DNA of 64,000 nucleotides from an uncultured Verrucomicrobiae bacterium (GCA_963706955.1 CAVPOC010000010.1:160001-224000); one strand, 5' to 3'. Positions 1-12,559 are shown, numbered from the stretch's first letter. The notes: a model not told the origin generated them from the sequence alone. A program made the numbers and translations.

Positions 1-594
1 TTCTTGATCTGAGAGAACTATTGGCACGCCTATTTGGAGGCTTAAGAAATATTGCTTCGCGAGGACCTCGACCTCGTTTGCCAGCCAAAGGGCTTTACGA
101 AGACTGGGACCGCAGGCGATAAGCCCATGGTTGGCAAGTAAGCAAGCCAACCGGTTCTCGAGGGCCGTGACCGCCCCGCGAGAGAGCTCTTCTGTGCCGA
201 AGGTCGCATAGGGAGCGCACCGAATAGTAGGGCCACCGGCTGCGGCAATCATGTAGTGAACCGCTGGAATATCTTTTCCAAGTATTGCATGGGCAGTGCA
301 ATAGCTCGGATGGGCGTGGACGATCGCTTGAACATCCGGGCGAGCCAACATGATGTCGAAGTGAAAACGCCATTCGGACGATGGACTGTGCGGTCCGTGC
401 GGAGTTCCCTCTTTGTCCAGGAAGATGATCTCCTCCGGCGCCATCACCTCGTAGGCGAGACCAGAAGGGGTAATCAGCAAGCCATCATTCCAACGAGCGC
501 TAACGTTTCCCGAAGTGCCTTGGTTAATGCCTTTCTCTTCCATTGCAAGACATGTTGCGATGATCTCCTTACGGACGAGGGTACTCTGCGTCAT
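1..594 (-). CDS. Class II aldolase/adducin family protein (L-fuculose-1-phosphate aldolase-like); 3' end runs off the window
   Basis: Not in the ORF track; translated manually from ATG at 594: MTQSTLVRKEIIATCLAMEEKGINQGTSGNVSAR..LLITPSG..PSSEWRFH..IVHAHP..LLANHGL. These are FucA-family motifs including the Zn-binding His residues. The frame stays open to position 1. Confidence 0.9.
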   Translation of the reverse strand, partial: MTQSTLVRKEIIATCLAMEEKGINQGTSGNVSARWNDGLLITPSGLAYEVMAPEEIIFLDKEGTPHGPHSPSSEWRFHFDIMLARPDVQAIVHAHPSYCTAHAILGKDIPAVHYMIAAAGGPTIRCAPYATFGTEELSRGAVTALENRLACLLANHGLIACGPSLRKALWLANEVEVLAKQYFLSLQIGVPIVLSDQE

Positions 595-670
595 TCATGT
601 TGTTATTATGTTTCGTTAAGTTTCGGAAGGCTAAGGTAACAATTTCGAAGGGCGAGGGAGCTCCGCTGAC

Positions 671-1414
671 CTAATTATGCGAGCTTGCTGTCTTGCCGCG
701 CTCACGCGAAGCCAGATCCACCATTCGACATTCTAAATCACGAAAGGAGGCAAGCACGAGATCGGCGCCGGCCGCCGCCAGATCCTTGGCCGGAAAAGAA
801 GTCGTTATCCCGACGACAAAGCATCCGGCCGCCTTTCCGGAGATGACCCCGCTGACGGCATCCTCAATGACCATGCAGGCCGAGGCAGGCTGCGCGAGTT
901 TGGCAGCCGTCAGAAGGTAGGGCTCCGGATCCGGTTTTCCGCGCTGGATATCCTCTCCGGTAACTACAGCATCAAAGTATTTCGACAGTCCGAACTTTTC
1001 GAATGCGAGCTGTTGGATGGCACGAGCTGCAGAGGTAGTCAGCCCCAACCGAAAGCCGGTAGCTTTACAACGTTTGACGAATTCAAGCGCTCCCTCGATC
1101 ATTTCCACGACATGAAAGTTTGCGAGCAGCTGTTCCAATCTTAGGCGCCTGATCTCCTGGTTTTCCAGTGCAACTGCCGGAAAAATTTTCTTGAGGAGGT
1201 TAGCGATCGAGACTTCGGGCAGACCTTTGAATTGTTGAAGCTCAGATTCATTTTCAAATCGACGTCCGAACTGGCTGCTCAGCTCGAGAAGAGTAAATTC
1301 GTGCAACGGCTCCGAATTGATGAGCACGCCATCCATGTCGAAGAGAATGTTCGACAATCCCGTAATCGTCGGTTCCTCCCCAAAGGTTCCGTGAGGCGTG
1401 GAGACTTCGTTCAT
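671..1414 (-). CDS. HAD-superfamily phosphatase (beta-PGM/CbbY-like)
   Basis: Motifs FDMDGVL, LTTS, KPDPEPY and IEDAVSG. Confidence 0.9.
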   Translation of the reverse strand: MNEVSTPHGTFGEEPTITGLSNILFDMDGVLINSEPLHEFTLLELSSQFGRRFENESELQQFKGLPEVSIANLLKKIFPAVALENQEIRRLRLEQLLANFHVVEMIEGALEFVKRCKATGFRLGLTTSAARAIQQLAFEKFGLSKYFDAVVTGEDIQRGKPDPEPYLLTAAKLAQPASACMVIEDAVSGVISGKAAGCFVVGITTSFPAKDLAAAGADLVLASFRDLECRMVDLASRERGKTASSHN

Positions 1415-1505
1415 ATTGAGAATTTTTTCTTAAGGAGCTTGCCGGCCACTCATCGAGTCGAAGTGCAACAACGCACAACCAAGGCATTCATAAGCGACGT
1501 CGGAC

Positions 1506-2819
1506 CTAGCTACATCCTTTTGCAAAATCTTCGAGTTGCCCGCTGTCCCCAGCTATATCTAGCATGGAGAATCGATCCCGAATAAAGCGGGAATAGCGAA
1601 CCGCATCGCGATAGAATTCGGGGTCCAGCCCGAGATCGGAACCTGTAAGCTGACAGCCCGCCGCTTTCATCGCATTATACAGCTTCTCATAAGGGAGCAT
1701 AACCGCTCTCAAACGCCCCGAGATCTTAGTCCAGTCTTTTTCAAGACGTTGATTGAGGGCTGCAGCAGTTGCTGCATCCAGCGCCTTTCGGGCAGTCTGT
1801 TCGATCATCTCGTTGGCAGCGGCTCCGAAACGCGTGCGCAGGTCATCTCTTGGGATCACGGTCGGCTTCAATACCGGCGGCCGATCGGCGTTGACGATCT
1901 GATTTTGGAGCTTCGACATTGTCAGGGTGGCGACGCCGACCTGCTCGCCATGAGAGGTGCGGGGATGATTCTCGCCAGCGAACATGTCGATGTAATGGGA
2001 GATCATATGCTCGGCCATCGAACCTACGTGGGTCGTTCCGGTGAAGGAAGTCGCCAGCCCCATCAGTGCGGCGATGCGGGTGAGCATGGCCAGGGCCTCG
2101 AAATCGCCGGTGACTATGTTGGCTGCGTTGGCAAACATCGTCTCCTCGTCATAAGCCAAAAGGGTATAAGCGGTTTCATCATAGGGCGAATCGAAGAGGA
2201 TATGCGACAACAACCAGTCAACTTGGGAAGTCGTGCGACAAACTACGTCCGCAAAGGCTGCCGAAATCAGACGTTTCGGACACTTGGAGACGACACCTAA
2301 ATCAAAGAAAACTCCCTTCGCCGAATGGCAGGTAATCGACTTTTTAAATCCTTCGAATGAAACCGAAGCCGTCGGCGTGGTGTAAGCATTCATCGGCGAT
2401 GTCGCGAAGACAGAGTACTCTCTCCCCGTCTGGAATGTTCCGTACTTGACACTGTCACTAATCGTGCCCGATCCGACGGCAATCAGCGCTTCCGCATCCC
2501 GGGTCGCTTCCGCCAATTCGTCCATTCCCTCTGGAGTGATCCGCGGACGAACCCAAACATATTCGCTCACCTTCCCGAGCGGCTGAAGCGCCCGCAAGAT
2601 GCGCTTACCGAGCACTTCGCGCGTCCTCTCGTCGCTGACGACGACAATCGATCGGCCCGGGTGGACGCGTCGAATGAGCTCGGCCTCGGAGCCTTCAAGG
2701 GTGTCGGCGATGACGATGCTTTCTATGGGGACGGTGCGCTTCTGGCCGGTCTTGGGATCCTGCCACCGTCCGGCGACAAGCTCTCCGATGATGCCAGAGA
2801 AATCGTGCATTTGTTTCAT
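1506..2819 (-). CDS. sn-glycerol-1-phosphate dehydrogenase family (EgsA/AraM-like)
   Basis: Motifs AVGSGTISDSVKY, FATSPMNAYT, GSMAEHMISHY, HGEQVG and the C-terminal RFIRDRFSMLD. Confidence 0.85.
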   Translation of the reverse strand: MKQMHDFSGIIGELVAGRWQDPKTGQKRTVPIESIVIADTLEGSEAELIRRVHPGRSIVVVSDERTREVLGKRILRALQPLGKVSEYVWVRPRITPEGMDELAEATRDAEALIAVGSGTISDSVKYGTFQTGREYSVFATSPMNAYTTPTASVSFEGFKKSITCHSAKGVFFDLGVVSKCPKRLISAAFADVVCRTTSQVDWLLSHILFDSPYDETAYTLLAYDEETMFANAANIVTGDFEALAMLTRIAALMGLATSFTGTTHVGSMAEHMISHYIDMFAGENHPRTSHGEQVGVATLTMSKLQNQIVNADRPPVLKPTVIPRDDLRTRFGAAANEMIEQTARKALDAATAAALNQRLEKDWTKISGRLRAVMLPYEKLYNAMKAAGCQLTGSDLGLDPEFYRDAVRYSRFIRDRFSMLDIAGDSGQLEDFAKGCS

Positions 2820-2841
2820 GAGGTGAGGGTCGTGTTTGGAC

Positions 2842-4383
2842 CTAGTGGCCCGGTGTCTTGTCTCGTGCGAAATCGACGAGCCGTCGGTTGATGCCCGCGG
2901 ATGCGTCGAATAGGTCTTCGTAGATCTCCAGCAGGGCGCTATACAGCTCGGTAGCCTGCGGATCGGGCTCGATGGCTTGTGTCTTTCCGGTCATCTTATG
3001 TGCGGCCTCGGATATCGAGGAAAACCATCCCGCCCCAAAAGCGGCGGTCATACCCGCACCCAACGCTGAAGCTTCGACTGTGTCGCTGATCAGCACGCGT
3101 TTGCCCGAAGCGTCCGATAGCATTTGCCTCCAGAGCTGGCTTTTTGCACCGCCTCCAATGGCAACATAGTGGTCGATATGCTGACCACTGGCCGCCTCCA
3201 TGGCTCTCGTTCGCATGACCTGGTCCAAGGTAATGCCTTCGAGAATCGATCGATAAAAATGGGCCGGCTTATGGCTTCCGCTCTGTCCAAAAGTCACGCC
3301 CCGCGCGCTCACGTCCCAATACGGGTCCATGACTCCCGACCAATACGGCTGAATCATTAAGCCGTCGCACCCAATAGGGATTTCACGGGCCGCCGTTTCC
3401 AACCGATCAAACACTCCTGCATCCTTTCGGCCCTCGGGGACAAACTGGTCGACGAACCAGTTCACAAGGAACGCTCCCGTCCGCAGCACACTTTCGAAGA
3501 CATATCCGCGGCCCTGGGCAGCTAGAAGAGTTCGCCATGCTCGATCATAGCGATACTCCGGTGACCAGGAGCCGGAGACGACAGCCGTTCCTAAGTTGAC
3601 ATAAGCACGATCTGTCCTGGTGCAGTCGGTCCCTAGACCAGCATAGGCCCCATCGCCTCCGGCGACAAAGATAGGCAGCCCTTCCCGGAGCCCAGTTTCA
3701 GTGGCGGCCTCGCTCGTCACAGTTCCGAGCAACGTTCCGGGCGGAATTGTCGCTGGCAACCGATCGGTGGAAAGGTCCGTTGCCTCCAGAAGAAGAGGGG
3801 ACCACTCTCTTTCAACGATATCGTAGATGCCGAAGGAATCAGCGCTGAGCCAACCCGTCCGGAATGGGCCGCCTGTTAAACGGCGTCCGAGGTAACACTG
3901 CACGTCTGCGAAACAAACGGTCCTTGCGAAAATTTCCGGTTCGTTCCGTCGCATCCAGTCGAACTTATAGATCGTGGGTGTAAGGTCAGGGTAGCGGCCA
4001 GTAATGCGATGAATCGTTCCAACTCCGATCGCCTCAGAAAGCGAGACGACATTACTTCTGGATCGTTCGTCCAACCAGAGAATGGCGGGATATATCGCTT
4101 CCGCTTTCTCGTTCAGGAAGGCCACCGTCTCACGCTGATGAGCGATGGAGATTGCTTCGATGCGTGACATCTCGACTTGATCAACGCAAAGGCGCAGCGC
4201 TGAACAGCACGACTGCCACCAATCTGAGGGATCCTGTACGAAATGATCGCGGCGCGGATTGGCTATGGGGATTGGAGCGCTTCCCATGGCGACGAGGCCA
4301 CCGGACTGGTTCCACGCGACGGCTTTCGTGCTTTGGGTCGACGAATCGACTCCTATCACCAATCTATCTGTTGCGCTGGTCAT
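2842..4383 (-). CDS. FGGY-family carbohydrate kinase (xylulokinase-like)
   Basis: Motifs IGVDSSTQSTKA, AILWLDER, GGDG, NLGT, ILEG, GGGAKSQLWRQ and ASALGA. Confidence 0.92.
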   Translation of the reverse strand: MTSATDRLVIGVDSSTQSTKAVAWNQSGGLVAMGSAPIPIANPRRDHFVQDPSDWWQSCCSALRLCVDQVEMSRIEAISIAHQRETVAFLNEKAEAIYPAILWLDERSRSNVVSLSEAIGVGTIHRITGRYPDLTPTIYKFDWMRRNEPEIFARTVCFADVQCYLGRRLTGGPFRTGWLSADSFGIYDIVEREWSPLLLEATDLSTDRLPATIPPGTLLGTVTSEAATETGLREGLPIFVAGGDGAYAGLGTDCTRTDRAYVNLGTAVVSGSWSPEYRYDRAWRTLLAAQGRGYVFESVLRTGAFLVNWFVDQFVPEGRKDAGVFDRLETAAREIPIGCDGLMIQPYWSGVMDPYWDVSARGVTFGQSGSHKPAHFYRSILEGITLDQVMRTRAMEAASGQHIDHYVAIGGGAKSQLWRQMLSDASGKRVLISDTVEASALGAGMTAAFGAGWFSSISEAAHKMTGKTQAIEPDPQATELYSALLEIYEDLFDASAGINRRLVDFARDKTPGH

Positions 4384-4637
4384 TCGTAATCCAAGAAGCG
4401 TGGCTGCAGCTCTCTCTGACCATCGCCCGGCGACCTCGACACTCTCCCCCTACCCCGGTCCGAAGACCTCCTGCTATATGGTTTAGCCAGAGCGACGATG
4501 AGTTTGAGCCGTTTGTTAACCGAGTATGTGTCGTCCTTTATTACTTTTAGTTTCAGGGCTCAACCACAGCTCCATCCGGGCTGCTTCCTCGATGATCGGC
4601 TTTCGAGCATGTGCACTATCTCTTCCGGTTCCTGGGC

Positions 4638-6200
<1,563 letters not shown>

Positions 6201-6266
6201 TACAATCGCGATTCCTGCGCCGCGGGAACTTGCCGGCGGTTCTCAGCTCTCCGACCCTGGAATTCA

Positions 6267-7067
6267 CTACTGAATCGTGTAGCCACCATCGACAACCAAA
6301 TTTTCCCCGGAGATCATATCAGCCGCATTGCTCGCCAGAAAGAGAGCGGCCGCAGCGATTTCCTCGGGATAGGCAAATCGGCCGATCGGAATCTTTGCCT
6401 TGAAAGCTTCACCAACCTCCCCGGCCCAGGCTTTTCGTCCGAGCTCCGTCAGCACCACTGTCGGCGAAATCGAGTTAACATTGATGTGGTAACGTCCCCA
6501 CTCGTAGGCAAGCACCTTGGTCAGGCTTATAATGGCAGCCTTGCTCGCGCAATAAGCTAAGTGCTGATCAAGAGCCACCAGTCCGGCCTGAGACGCCAAA
6601 TTAATAATCTTGCCGGAGCGCTGCGCGATCATCTTACGGCCGACAATCTGCGAAATCATATAGGGCGCCTTCAGGTTGACCGCCATGGTAACGTCCCACG
6701 CCTGGTCAGTAAGCTCCTCAGCGGGGGCCAGCAAGACGACCCCCGCATTGTTGACAAGTATATCGATGGAGTCAAATCGACTGCTGGCTTCTTCCACGAA
6801 TTGCTCGATATTTGCGCGGATAGTTATGTCGGCAGCTAAGCCGAGCGACTCTATCCCCTTGGCGGAAAATTCCGCGGCCACGTCGCGAACCGAATCGCTC
6901 TTGTCGATCAGGACCAGCTTGGCACCTTTTTCGGCAAAAAGATCGGCAATGGCCCGGCCAATACCAGCCGCTCCTCCTGTGATCATGGCAACCTTATTTG
7001 CCAATGAGAAATTTGGGTCGATCTTATGACTTGTCATATTGCCTATCTCCGCAGTCAGTTCGAACAA
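6267..7067 (-). CDS. Short-chain dehydrogenase, GolD/DthD (D-threitol dehydrogenase)-like
   Basis: Motifs TGGAAGIG, NNAG, NLASQAG, YCASK and ISPTVVLTELGRKAW, which resemble the DthD/GolD subfamily. Confidence 0.85.
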   Translation of the reverse strand: MFELTAEIGNMTSHKIDPNFSLANKVAMITGGAAGIGRAIADLFAEKGAKLVLIDKSDSVRDVAAEFSAKGIESLGLAADITIRANIEQFVEEASSRFDSIDILVNNAGVVLLAPAEELTDQAWDVTMAVNLKAPYMISQIVGRKMIAQRSGKIINLASQAGLVALDQHLAYCASKAAIISLTKVLAYEWGRYHINVNSISPTVVLTELGRKAWAGEVGEAFKAKIPIGRFAYPEEIAAAALFLASNAADMISGENLVVDGGYTIQ

Positions 7068-7132
7068 TCACTCTCCGCCAATTTCGTTGGGATGTCTCCT
7101 CTTTGCGTGTCGCCTGACCGGCAAGGCCGCTC

Positions 7133-8161
7133 CTAGGAGCCGCTGATCAATTCTTTTTGATGTTTTAGCAGATCGTCGGCATTTTCAGCGGTAATAACTG
7201 TCCAAGGAATGAAATAGGCTTTCTCGGTTCCACCATTCCAAGGCATTTCTTTTTCCCATTGCTTCCACACGGCCGCTTTCGGCTCATAGGATTCGCCGAC
7301 CTTGGCGCGCAGAGCGATGTCGAGCGCACCCGCGGCCTGGCCTTCGGCGTCTTGCAAGATGCTGAACATTTCGCCCGCCTTGACAGCATTGATGGCATCA
7401 GGCACTCCATCGATACCAACGACGACGAAGTCCTTCACATTAAGGCCTCGGCCCTTAATCGCCTGGAGGGCCCCCAAGGCCATCTCGTCATTCTCTCCGA
7501 TTACCCCTTTGATTTCATTAGGGTGAGACGTCAGCCAGTTCTCCATCAGAGAGAGGCCCTCGGCCCGCGACCAATTGGCTGTCTTCTTCTCGAGGACCTT
7601 GATGTCGGGGTATTTGGCGAGCACGGTCTGAATACCCTTACTACGATCAATTTCAGCCGAGTGGCCGATCGGGCCCTGGAAAATGACGATATTGCCTTTG
7701 CCTCCCATCCTTTTCGCCGCCTCCTCCATGATGATCTCTCCAGCCTTGACGTCATCTGACAAGACCATCGACGTAATGTCTGGGCTGTTCACCCGTGCAT
7801 TGGAAACGACAACCGGTATGCCGGCCTTGGCCGCCTTCTTGATTTGCGGAGCGCTGCCATTGTAATCGACCGGACTCAGAACGATTCCGTCGAATTTTTG
7901 GGTCATCATGGTGGCAATCTGGTTATTCTGGACAAGGGGATCGTACCGGCCGTCGAAGATAGTTACTTCAACCGTGCCGTCCTTAACTGCCGGGTGCTTC
8001 TTGAGCGCAGCCGCCCAGAGGTTAGCAAATTCGGCCTTGAGTCCGTAAACGGCCCCTCCCACGCGCAGTTTGTCAGCAGCAAAGGAGGTTCCAGCGAATG
8101 CGACCACGGCGCATCCCAGTAGGAGCAACGTCGTAACCTTAGATTTTGGGTGGATTTTCAT
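7133..8161 (-). CDS. Sugar/polyol ABC substrate-binding protein (ThpA/XypA-like, type I PBP)
   Basis: Signal peptide (..AFAGTSFA|AD), then VYGLKAEF..W, ANWSRAEG, ENDEMALGA and GIDG. Confidence 0.88.
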   Translation of the reverse strand: MKIHPKSKVTTLLLLGCAVVAFAGTSFAADKLRVGGAVYGLKAEFANLWAAALKKHPAVKDGTVEVTIFDGRYDPLVQNNQIATMMTQKFDGIVLSPVDYNGSAPQIKKAAKAGIPVVVSNARVNSPDITSMVLSDDVKAGEIIMEEAAKRMGGKGNIVIFQGPIGHSAEIDRSKGIQTVLAKYPDIKVLEKKTANWSRAEGLSLMENWLTSHPNEIKGVIGENDEMALGALQAIKGRGLNVKDFVVVGIDGVPDAINAVKAGEMFSILQDAEGQAAGALDIALRAKVGESYEPKAAVWKQWEKEMPWNGGTEKAYFIPWTVITAENADDLLKHQKELISGS

Positions 8162-8248
8162 ATGTGTTTTTCAGTTTGATGTTCAAATGGAGGGCTCGTG
8201 TCATCCCCGTCGTAGATTGGGCTTCGGAATTGAAATGCGTTGCTTTGA

Positions 8249-9232
8249 CTACTCGTTAGAATGTCGGCTATAATCTAGCAGGACGGCGACCACGATGATG
8301 CAGCCCTTGACAATCTGCTGGTACGCCGAGGAGACACCTAGCAGATCGAGTCCATTGTTGATCGTGCCGATGATCAACGCGCCCAAAAGGGTTCCGGCTA
8401 TACTGCCTACGCCGCCCGACAAACTTGTTCCCCCGATCACCACCGCCGCGATCGCATCCAGCTCGTAGGATACCCCCGCCTGAGGGAGAGCCGAACTGGT
8501 CCTGGCAGTGAGAATCAATCCACCAAGTCCCGCGAGTAAGCCGGCGATAACATAGACAGAAGCGATCACCGGCTTCGTGGCGATGCCCGCCGTCCGGGCG
8601 CTCTTCACGTTTCCCCCCACCGCGTAAACGCTCCGGCCGTAGGTGGTGTGATTCAGAACAACCCAGAGGATGGCAAAAATTAGCAGAAAAATCAGAACGG
8701 GCATCGGCACCCCAAAAAAGAAGCCCTCGCCAAGATTGAGAAAACTCTCGCTCAAGTTTGGGACCGGCATACCGCCCGTGTATGCGTAAGTAAGCCCGCG
8801 AGCCACGCTCAACATACCTAACGTGGCCACGAACGACGGGATCTTTAAGTAGGCGATGATACATCCGTTTATCAGTCCCAAAACAGCGCCCGTGAGGATG
8901 CCGACGAGCAAAGCAACCAACGGCGACTGGGGATTGTCACCGGTCACAAAGGTGGCCGCGACGATGGACGAAAATGCCAAGACCGATCCCACCGATAGAT
9001 CAATTCCCCCGGTCAAGATCACCAGGGTCATACCCATCGCGAGAATACCGTTGATCGATGTCTGCAGGAGAATGTTGCTAATATTCTCTGGCGTTAGGAA
9101 ATACTTGTTAAGGAAAGTTAGTGCGACGCATAGCAGAAGAAAGGCAATAATGATTCCATATTGCGTCAGCCACGCCAGCCGTGACTTCGACACTGTTTCC
9201 TTCGAAGCGGTCTTAGCAGTTGGTTCGTTCAT
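8249..9232 (-). CDS. Sugar ABC transporter permease (RbsC family)
   Basis: Hydrophobic protein with GGIDLSVGS and YELDAIAAVVIGGTSLSGGVGS. Confidence 0.93.
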   Translation of the reverse strand: MNEPTAKTASKETVSKSRLAWLTQYGIIIAFLLLCVALTFLNKYFLTPENISNILLQTSINGILAMGMTLVILTGGIDLSVGSVLAFSSIVAATFVTGDNPQSPLVALLVGILTGAVLGLINGCIIAYLKIPSFVATLGMLSVARGLTYAYTGGMPVPNLSESFLNLGEGFFFGVPMPVLIFLLIFAILWVVLNHTTYGRSVYAVGGNVKSARTAGIATKPVIASVYVIAGLLAGLGGLILTARTSSALPQAGVSYELDAIAAVVIGGTSLSGGVGSIAGTLLGALIIGTINNGLDLLGVSSAYQQIVKGCIIVVAVLLDYSRHSNE

Positions 9233-9927
9233 TGCATAATCAGGCGCGGCTCACGCAGTGTTAAGAGATATTATCGCATATAAGCGAAGGGGAACGCGCC
9301 GATCTAGAGAGGGCACTTCTTACCTTAGCGAAGGCCCTTAGACGTCGCTTTTCAATATTGATTCTTAGGCAACTCTAACGTCTCTAGCGAGGGTTAGGGG
9401 TCCCGGGAATGGGGTCTTAACTTCATACCGCGTCTGGTTGGGTTCGAGGTTGGAAATTGGCATAACATCTGTACACGCGCAAGCACAATGTGCAGAATAA
9501 ATTACTATTTCGGAACAAATGTACAGTCGGGGCGCTTCCAAAAAACTGCCGGCCGGGCATTTCAGCTTTGGCTAGATCCACGTGCGTATCAGCCTGTCGC
9601 TCCCACTCTTGTGGCGACCACCATCTTAAATTTACCGCGTCGGACGTGAGTTTTGGATGAGACTCCCGCCTCTGCTGTTCCCGCAATTGCTCCGGAGACG
9701 TTCTCGCGGCCCACTGCTTTTTTGACCGTGATCTCTCCCAGAGTCCCCATCGCCTCAGGATCGTCTCCATGAGGAGTATTCGTGACAACTGTAGGAGGCG
9801 CGTTGGTTTGATTTAGCAGAGATCTTATCATTTCCATGTGGTTTGGCGCTTTGAATCAATTTGACTTCCTTGAGAACACTGTGGAATTGGTAGTCGCGCC
9901 TGAGTCACGCCTCCGCACGGCGATGAA

Positions 9928-10977
9928 TTGGTCTTGTGCGCGGAAAGATTCCACAGGCACTTGGATATGAACAATCGAGACAGCATGGTCCCGGAGGCTC
10001 TTGAGCAGACGGTTAGAGCCGCCTGGCTGTATTATGTTGCCGGAAACACCCAGGAACAGACGGCCGAATTGCTAGGCATCTCGCGAGTCAAGGTTAATCG
10101 GCTATTAGCGGAAGCCAAGGACTCGGGCATCGTGAAGATATCGATTGAGCATCGCTTTGCCCAGATGGCCGAGGTGGAAGAGTTGATTCGGACTCGTCAC
10201 AAGCTCTCTTTCTGTCGCGCGACGCCGCCGCTGTTGTCGTATTCTCCCGGTCGTCGAAGAGGTATGCCCTCGCGGGAGAAAATGGAGGCGGAGGCCCCCA
10301 TCGCTCGCCGGGCGGTCGGAATTGTCGCCGCCGATCTGCTGCGGGACAGACTCCAGGCTGACGACAACAGCGTCATCGCCGTCGGCTTCGGCAGAACCAT
10401 CGCGGAAGTTCCGAACTATCTCGTCGGAACGACTAAGCCCAAATTGAAATTCGTTTCAGCGATGGGTTCACTGACGCGCTCGTCGGCGGCCAATCCATTC
10501 GAGGTAGTCTGCCACTTTGCAGAAAGGACCGGCGGCGAGGGTCATTTGCTACCGGTTCCTTTTATTGCGGACAGCGTAGCGGATAAGCAGGTCTTCATGT
10601 CGCAGCGCGTTTTCAAACACACGCTCGCGCTCGCCGAGCAGGCGAGCTTTTATTTAGTTACCCTCGGCCAATGTGACGAATATAGCCTCTTGTTTCGTCA
10701 CCGATTATTGTCAGGCATCGAACTTCAGGATCTCAAACGGGCCGGGGCTGTTTGTGATTGCATGGGAAAATTCTTTGATTCGGAAGGTCAAATTGTCTCG
10801 AGTGATCTAAATGAAAGGACATTGGCCGTCGATCTAGAGCACCTTTATGATCGCGAGGTGATCCTGCTCTGCGCCGGGAGACAGAAGCTGCGAGCCGTTA
10901 AAGGCCTCCTGAAGGCCGGATTTGTGAAAGGGCTCATCATTGACGGAGATACCGCACTCTCCCTCATCGAAGAGTAA
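9928..10977 (+). CDS. SorC/DeoR(LsrR)-family sugar-binding transcriptional regulator
   Basis: N-terminal HTH (AAWLYYVAGNTQEQTAELLGISRVKVNRLL) and sugar-binding domain (VGFGRT, GAVCD, LIIDGDTA). Divergent from the ABC operon. ATG at 9967 is the likelier start. Confidence 0.92.
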   Translation: MVLCAERFHRHLDMNNRDSMVPEALEQTVRAAWLYYVAGNTQEQTAELLGISRVKVNRLLAEAKDSGIVKISIEHRFAQMAEVEELIRTRHKLSFCRATPPLLSYSPGRRRGMPSREKMEAEAPIARRAVGIVAADLLRDRLQADDNSVIAVGFGRTIAEVPNYLVGTTKPKLKFVSAMGSLTRSSAANPFEVVCHFAERTGGEGHLLPVPFIADSVADKQVFMSQRVFKHTLALAEQASFYLVTLGQCDEYSLLFRHRLLSGIELQDLKRAGAVCDCMGKFFDSEGQIVSSDLNERTLAVDLEHLYDREVILLCAGRQKLRAVKGLLKAGFVKGLIIDGDTALSLIEE

Positions 10978-11096
10978 GACCAGGAGAAGTAACGTCGAAC
11001 CGAGTATTCCTTGCATCGAATCCTCCCGCACTGACGACATCATAGCGCGCGGCAACTGGCTGCTGAAAAACGAATCCCTGAAACGATCTTTAGCCA

Positions 11097-11325
11097 AGCG
11101 GGTTGATTGTTAAGGTTGATGGCGTTCTGGCGACGGCGTCCGTCCCGTCGATGGGGATTGCTGGAGAGGACACGCGTCCCGGCAACTAGTGCTCGGCGTC
11201 CGCGTAAGCGGCACGTTGCCGCAGCGCGGCTCACTGTGCTCGCTGAACACGGTTTTCCCTGCGATCGCCGGAAATTGGCAGGCGCGCCGCCTACGCAGCC
11301 GAAGACGCGATTCATCACCGGGCGC
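11097..11325 (+). repeat. Composite REP-like dispersed repeat, copy 1
   Basis: Blocks GGTTGATTGTTAAGGTTGATGGCG..GCGACGGCG..CCGTCG..ACGCGTCC..GAACACGGT..GCGATCGCCGGAAAT..CGCGATTCA are co-linear with the reverse complement of 12855-13055. Confidence 0.75.
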
Positions 11326-11391
11326 TAATCTCGCCGTGCGCCGCACCGAATTACGTATTGCAACGATGCTGCTTCGAGATAGCCATGCTTC

Positions 11392-12559
11392 TCAAATCTC
11401 TGGCTGAAAGTCCAGCCAGCCGCCGCCCTGGGCATGCGAGCTAACCGCGGCCTCGACAAAGGCCATCCCGCGGGCGCCATCCTCAACCGTCGGCGCCCAT
11501 AAGGCGAGTGGATCGGGCGGCGTCCCCCGCTGCCGCGCCGCCAGGATGTCTGCATAATCGCGATAGAGCGTCGCAAACGCCTCGAAAAACCCCTCCGGCA
11601 AGCCGGCCACGATGCGAGTCGCACGGCAGGCCGCGGGTGACAATCCACCCTGGCCGCGCACCAGCGTGCAGGCCGCTTGTCCCTGCAGAGCGACGGTTAG
11701 CTGGTCGGGATCGCTCTGTTGCCAGCGGAGGTGTCCTTTTTCCCCATAGACGCGGAGCCTTAATCCGACATGCTCGCCGGCGGCCACCGCTGAGACCCAC
11801 ATCGCGCCGCTGGCACCATTATCGTGACGAAGGAGGATATGCGCATTGTCCTCAAGCCGTCGTCCCGGCACCATCGTCTGCAGGTTCGCCGCCACCGCGA
11901 CTACACGGCGCTGAGTGACGAATTCGCTGAGGTGGAGACAATGGGTGCCGAGATCGCCGACGATAAATGAGCCGCCGGATTGCGCTGGATCGGTGCGCCA
12001 CGCTGCCTGCTTGCTCTCGCCCTCGCTTGGTCCGGATAGCCAGCCGAGCGCGAATTCGACTTGGACAATGCGAACCGAACCAATCTCACCTGCCTCAATG
12101 AGCCACCGCGCCTGCCGCACCATCGGATAGCCTGTATAAGCGTAAGTAATGCCGAGCAAGCGCCCGGTTCGCCGGACGGTGGCGACAAGGTCGCGCGCTT
12201 CGGCAAACGTTGTGGTCAAGGGCTTATCGCAGATCACGTCGATGCCCGCTTCGAGAAATTCCTTGCAAATCGCGTGGTGCGAGGCGTTCGGCGTGACGAC
12301 ACTGACCACGTCAATGCCATCCTCCCGCGCCGCCTCGGCCTGCGCCATGGTCCGGTAATCGGTGTAACAACGCTTTGGATCAAGTCGCAGGTCGTGCCCC
12401 GATTCGATCGCTCTTTGCGGGTCGGAGTTGAGGGCACCGGCCACCAGTTCGTAGCGATCGTCCAGCCGTGCCGCGACCCGATGCGTTTCCCCGATGAAGG
12501 CACCGCGTCCGCCACCGACCATGCCAAGGCGTAAGCGATCAGGTACAGAGTAGTGTCAT
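11392..12559 (-). CDS. Gfo/Idh/MocA-family oxidoreductase
   Basis: Motifs (RLRLG)MVGGGRGAFIG, VTPNASH, CDKPL and GDLGTH. The track ORF is 11392..12522; the conserved N-terminus extends to an ATG near 12559 that is out of frame by one base. Confidence 0.9.

Noticed and set aside
256..639. 127-aa plus-strand ORF
   Set aside because: Antisense shadow of the class II aldolase on the minus strand.
9423..9837. Two overlapping minus-strand ORFs between the permease and the regulator
   Set aside because: No recognisable motifs; most likely divergent promoter or intergenic DNA, though a small gene cannot be excluded.
11040..11407. Arg-rich short ORFs here and at 12714-13058 and 16467-16996
   Set aside because: They are translations of the GC-rich REP mosaics.
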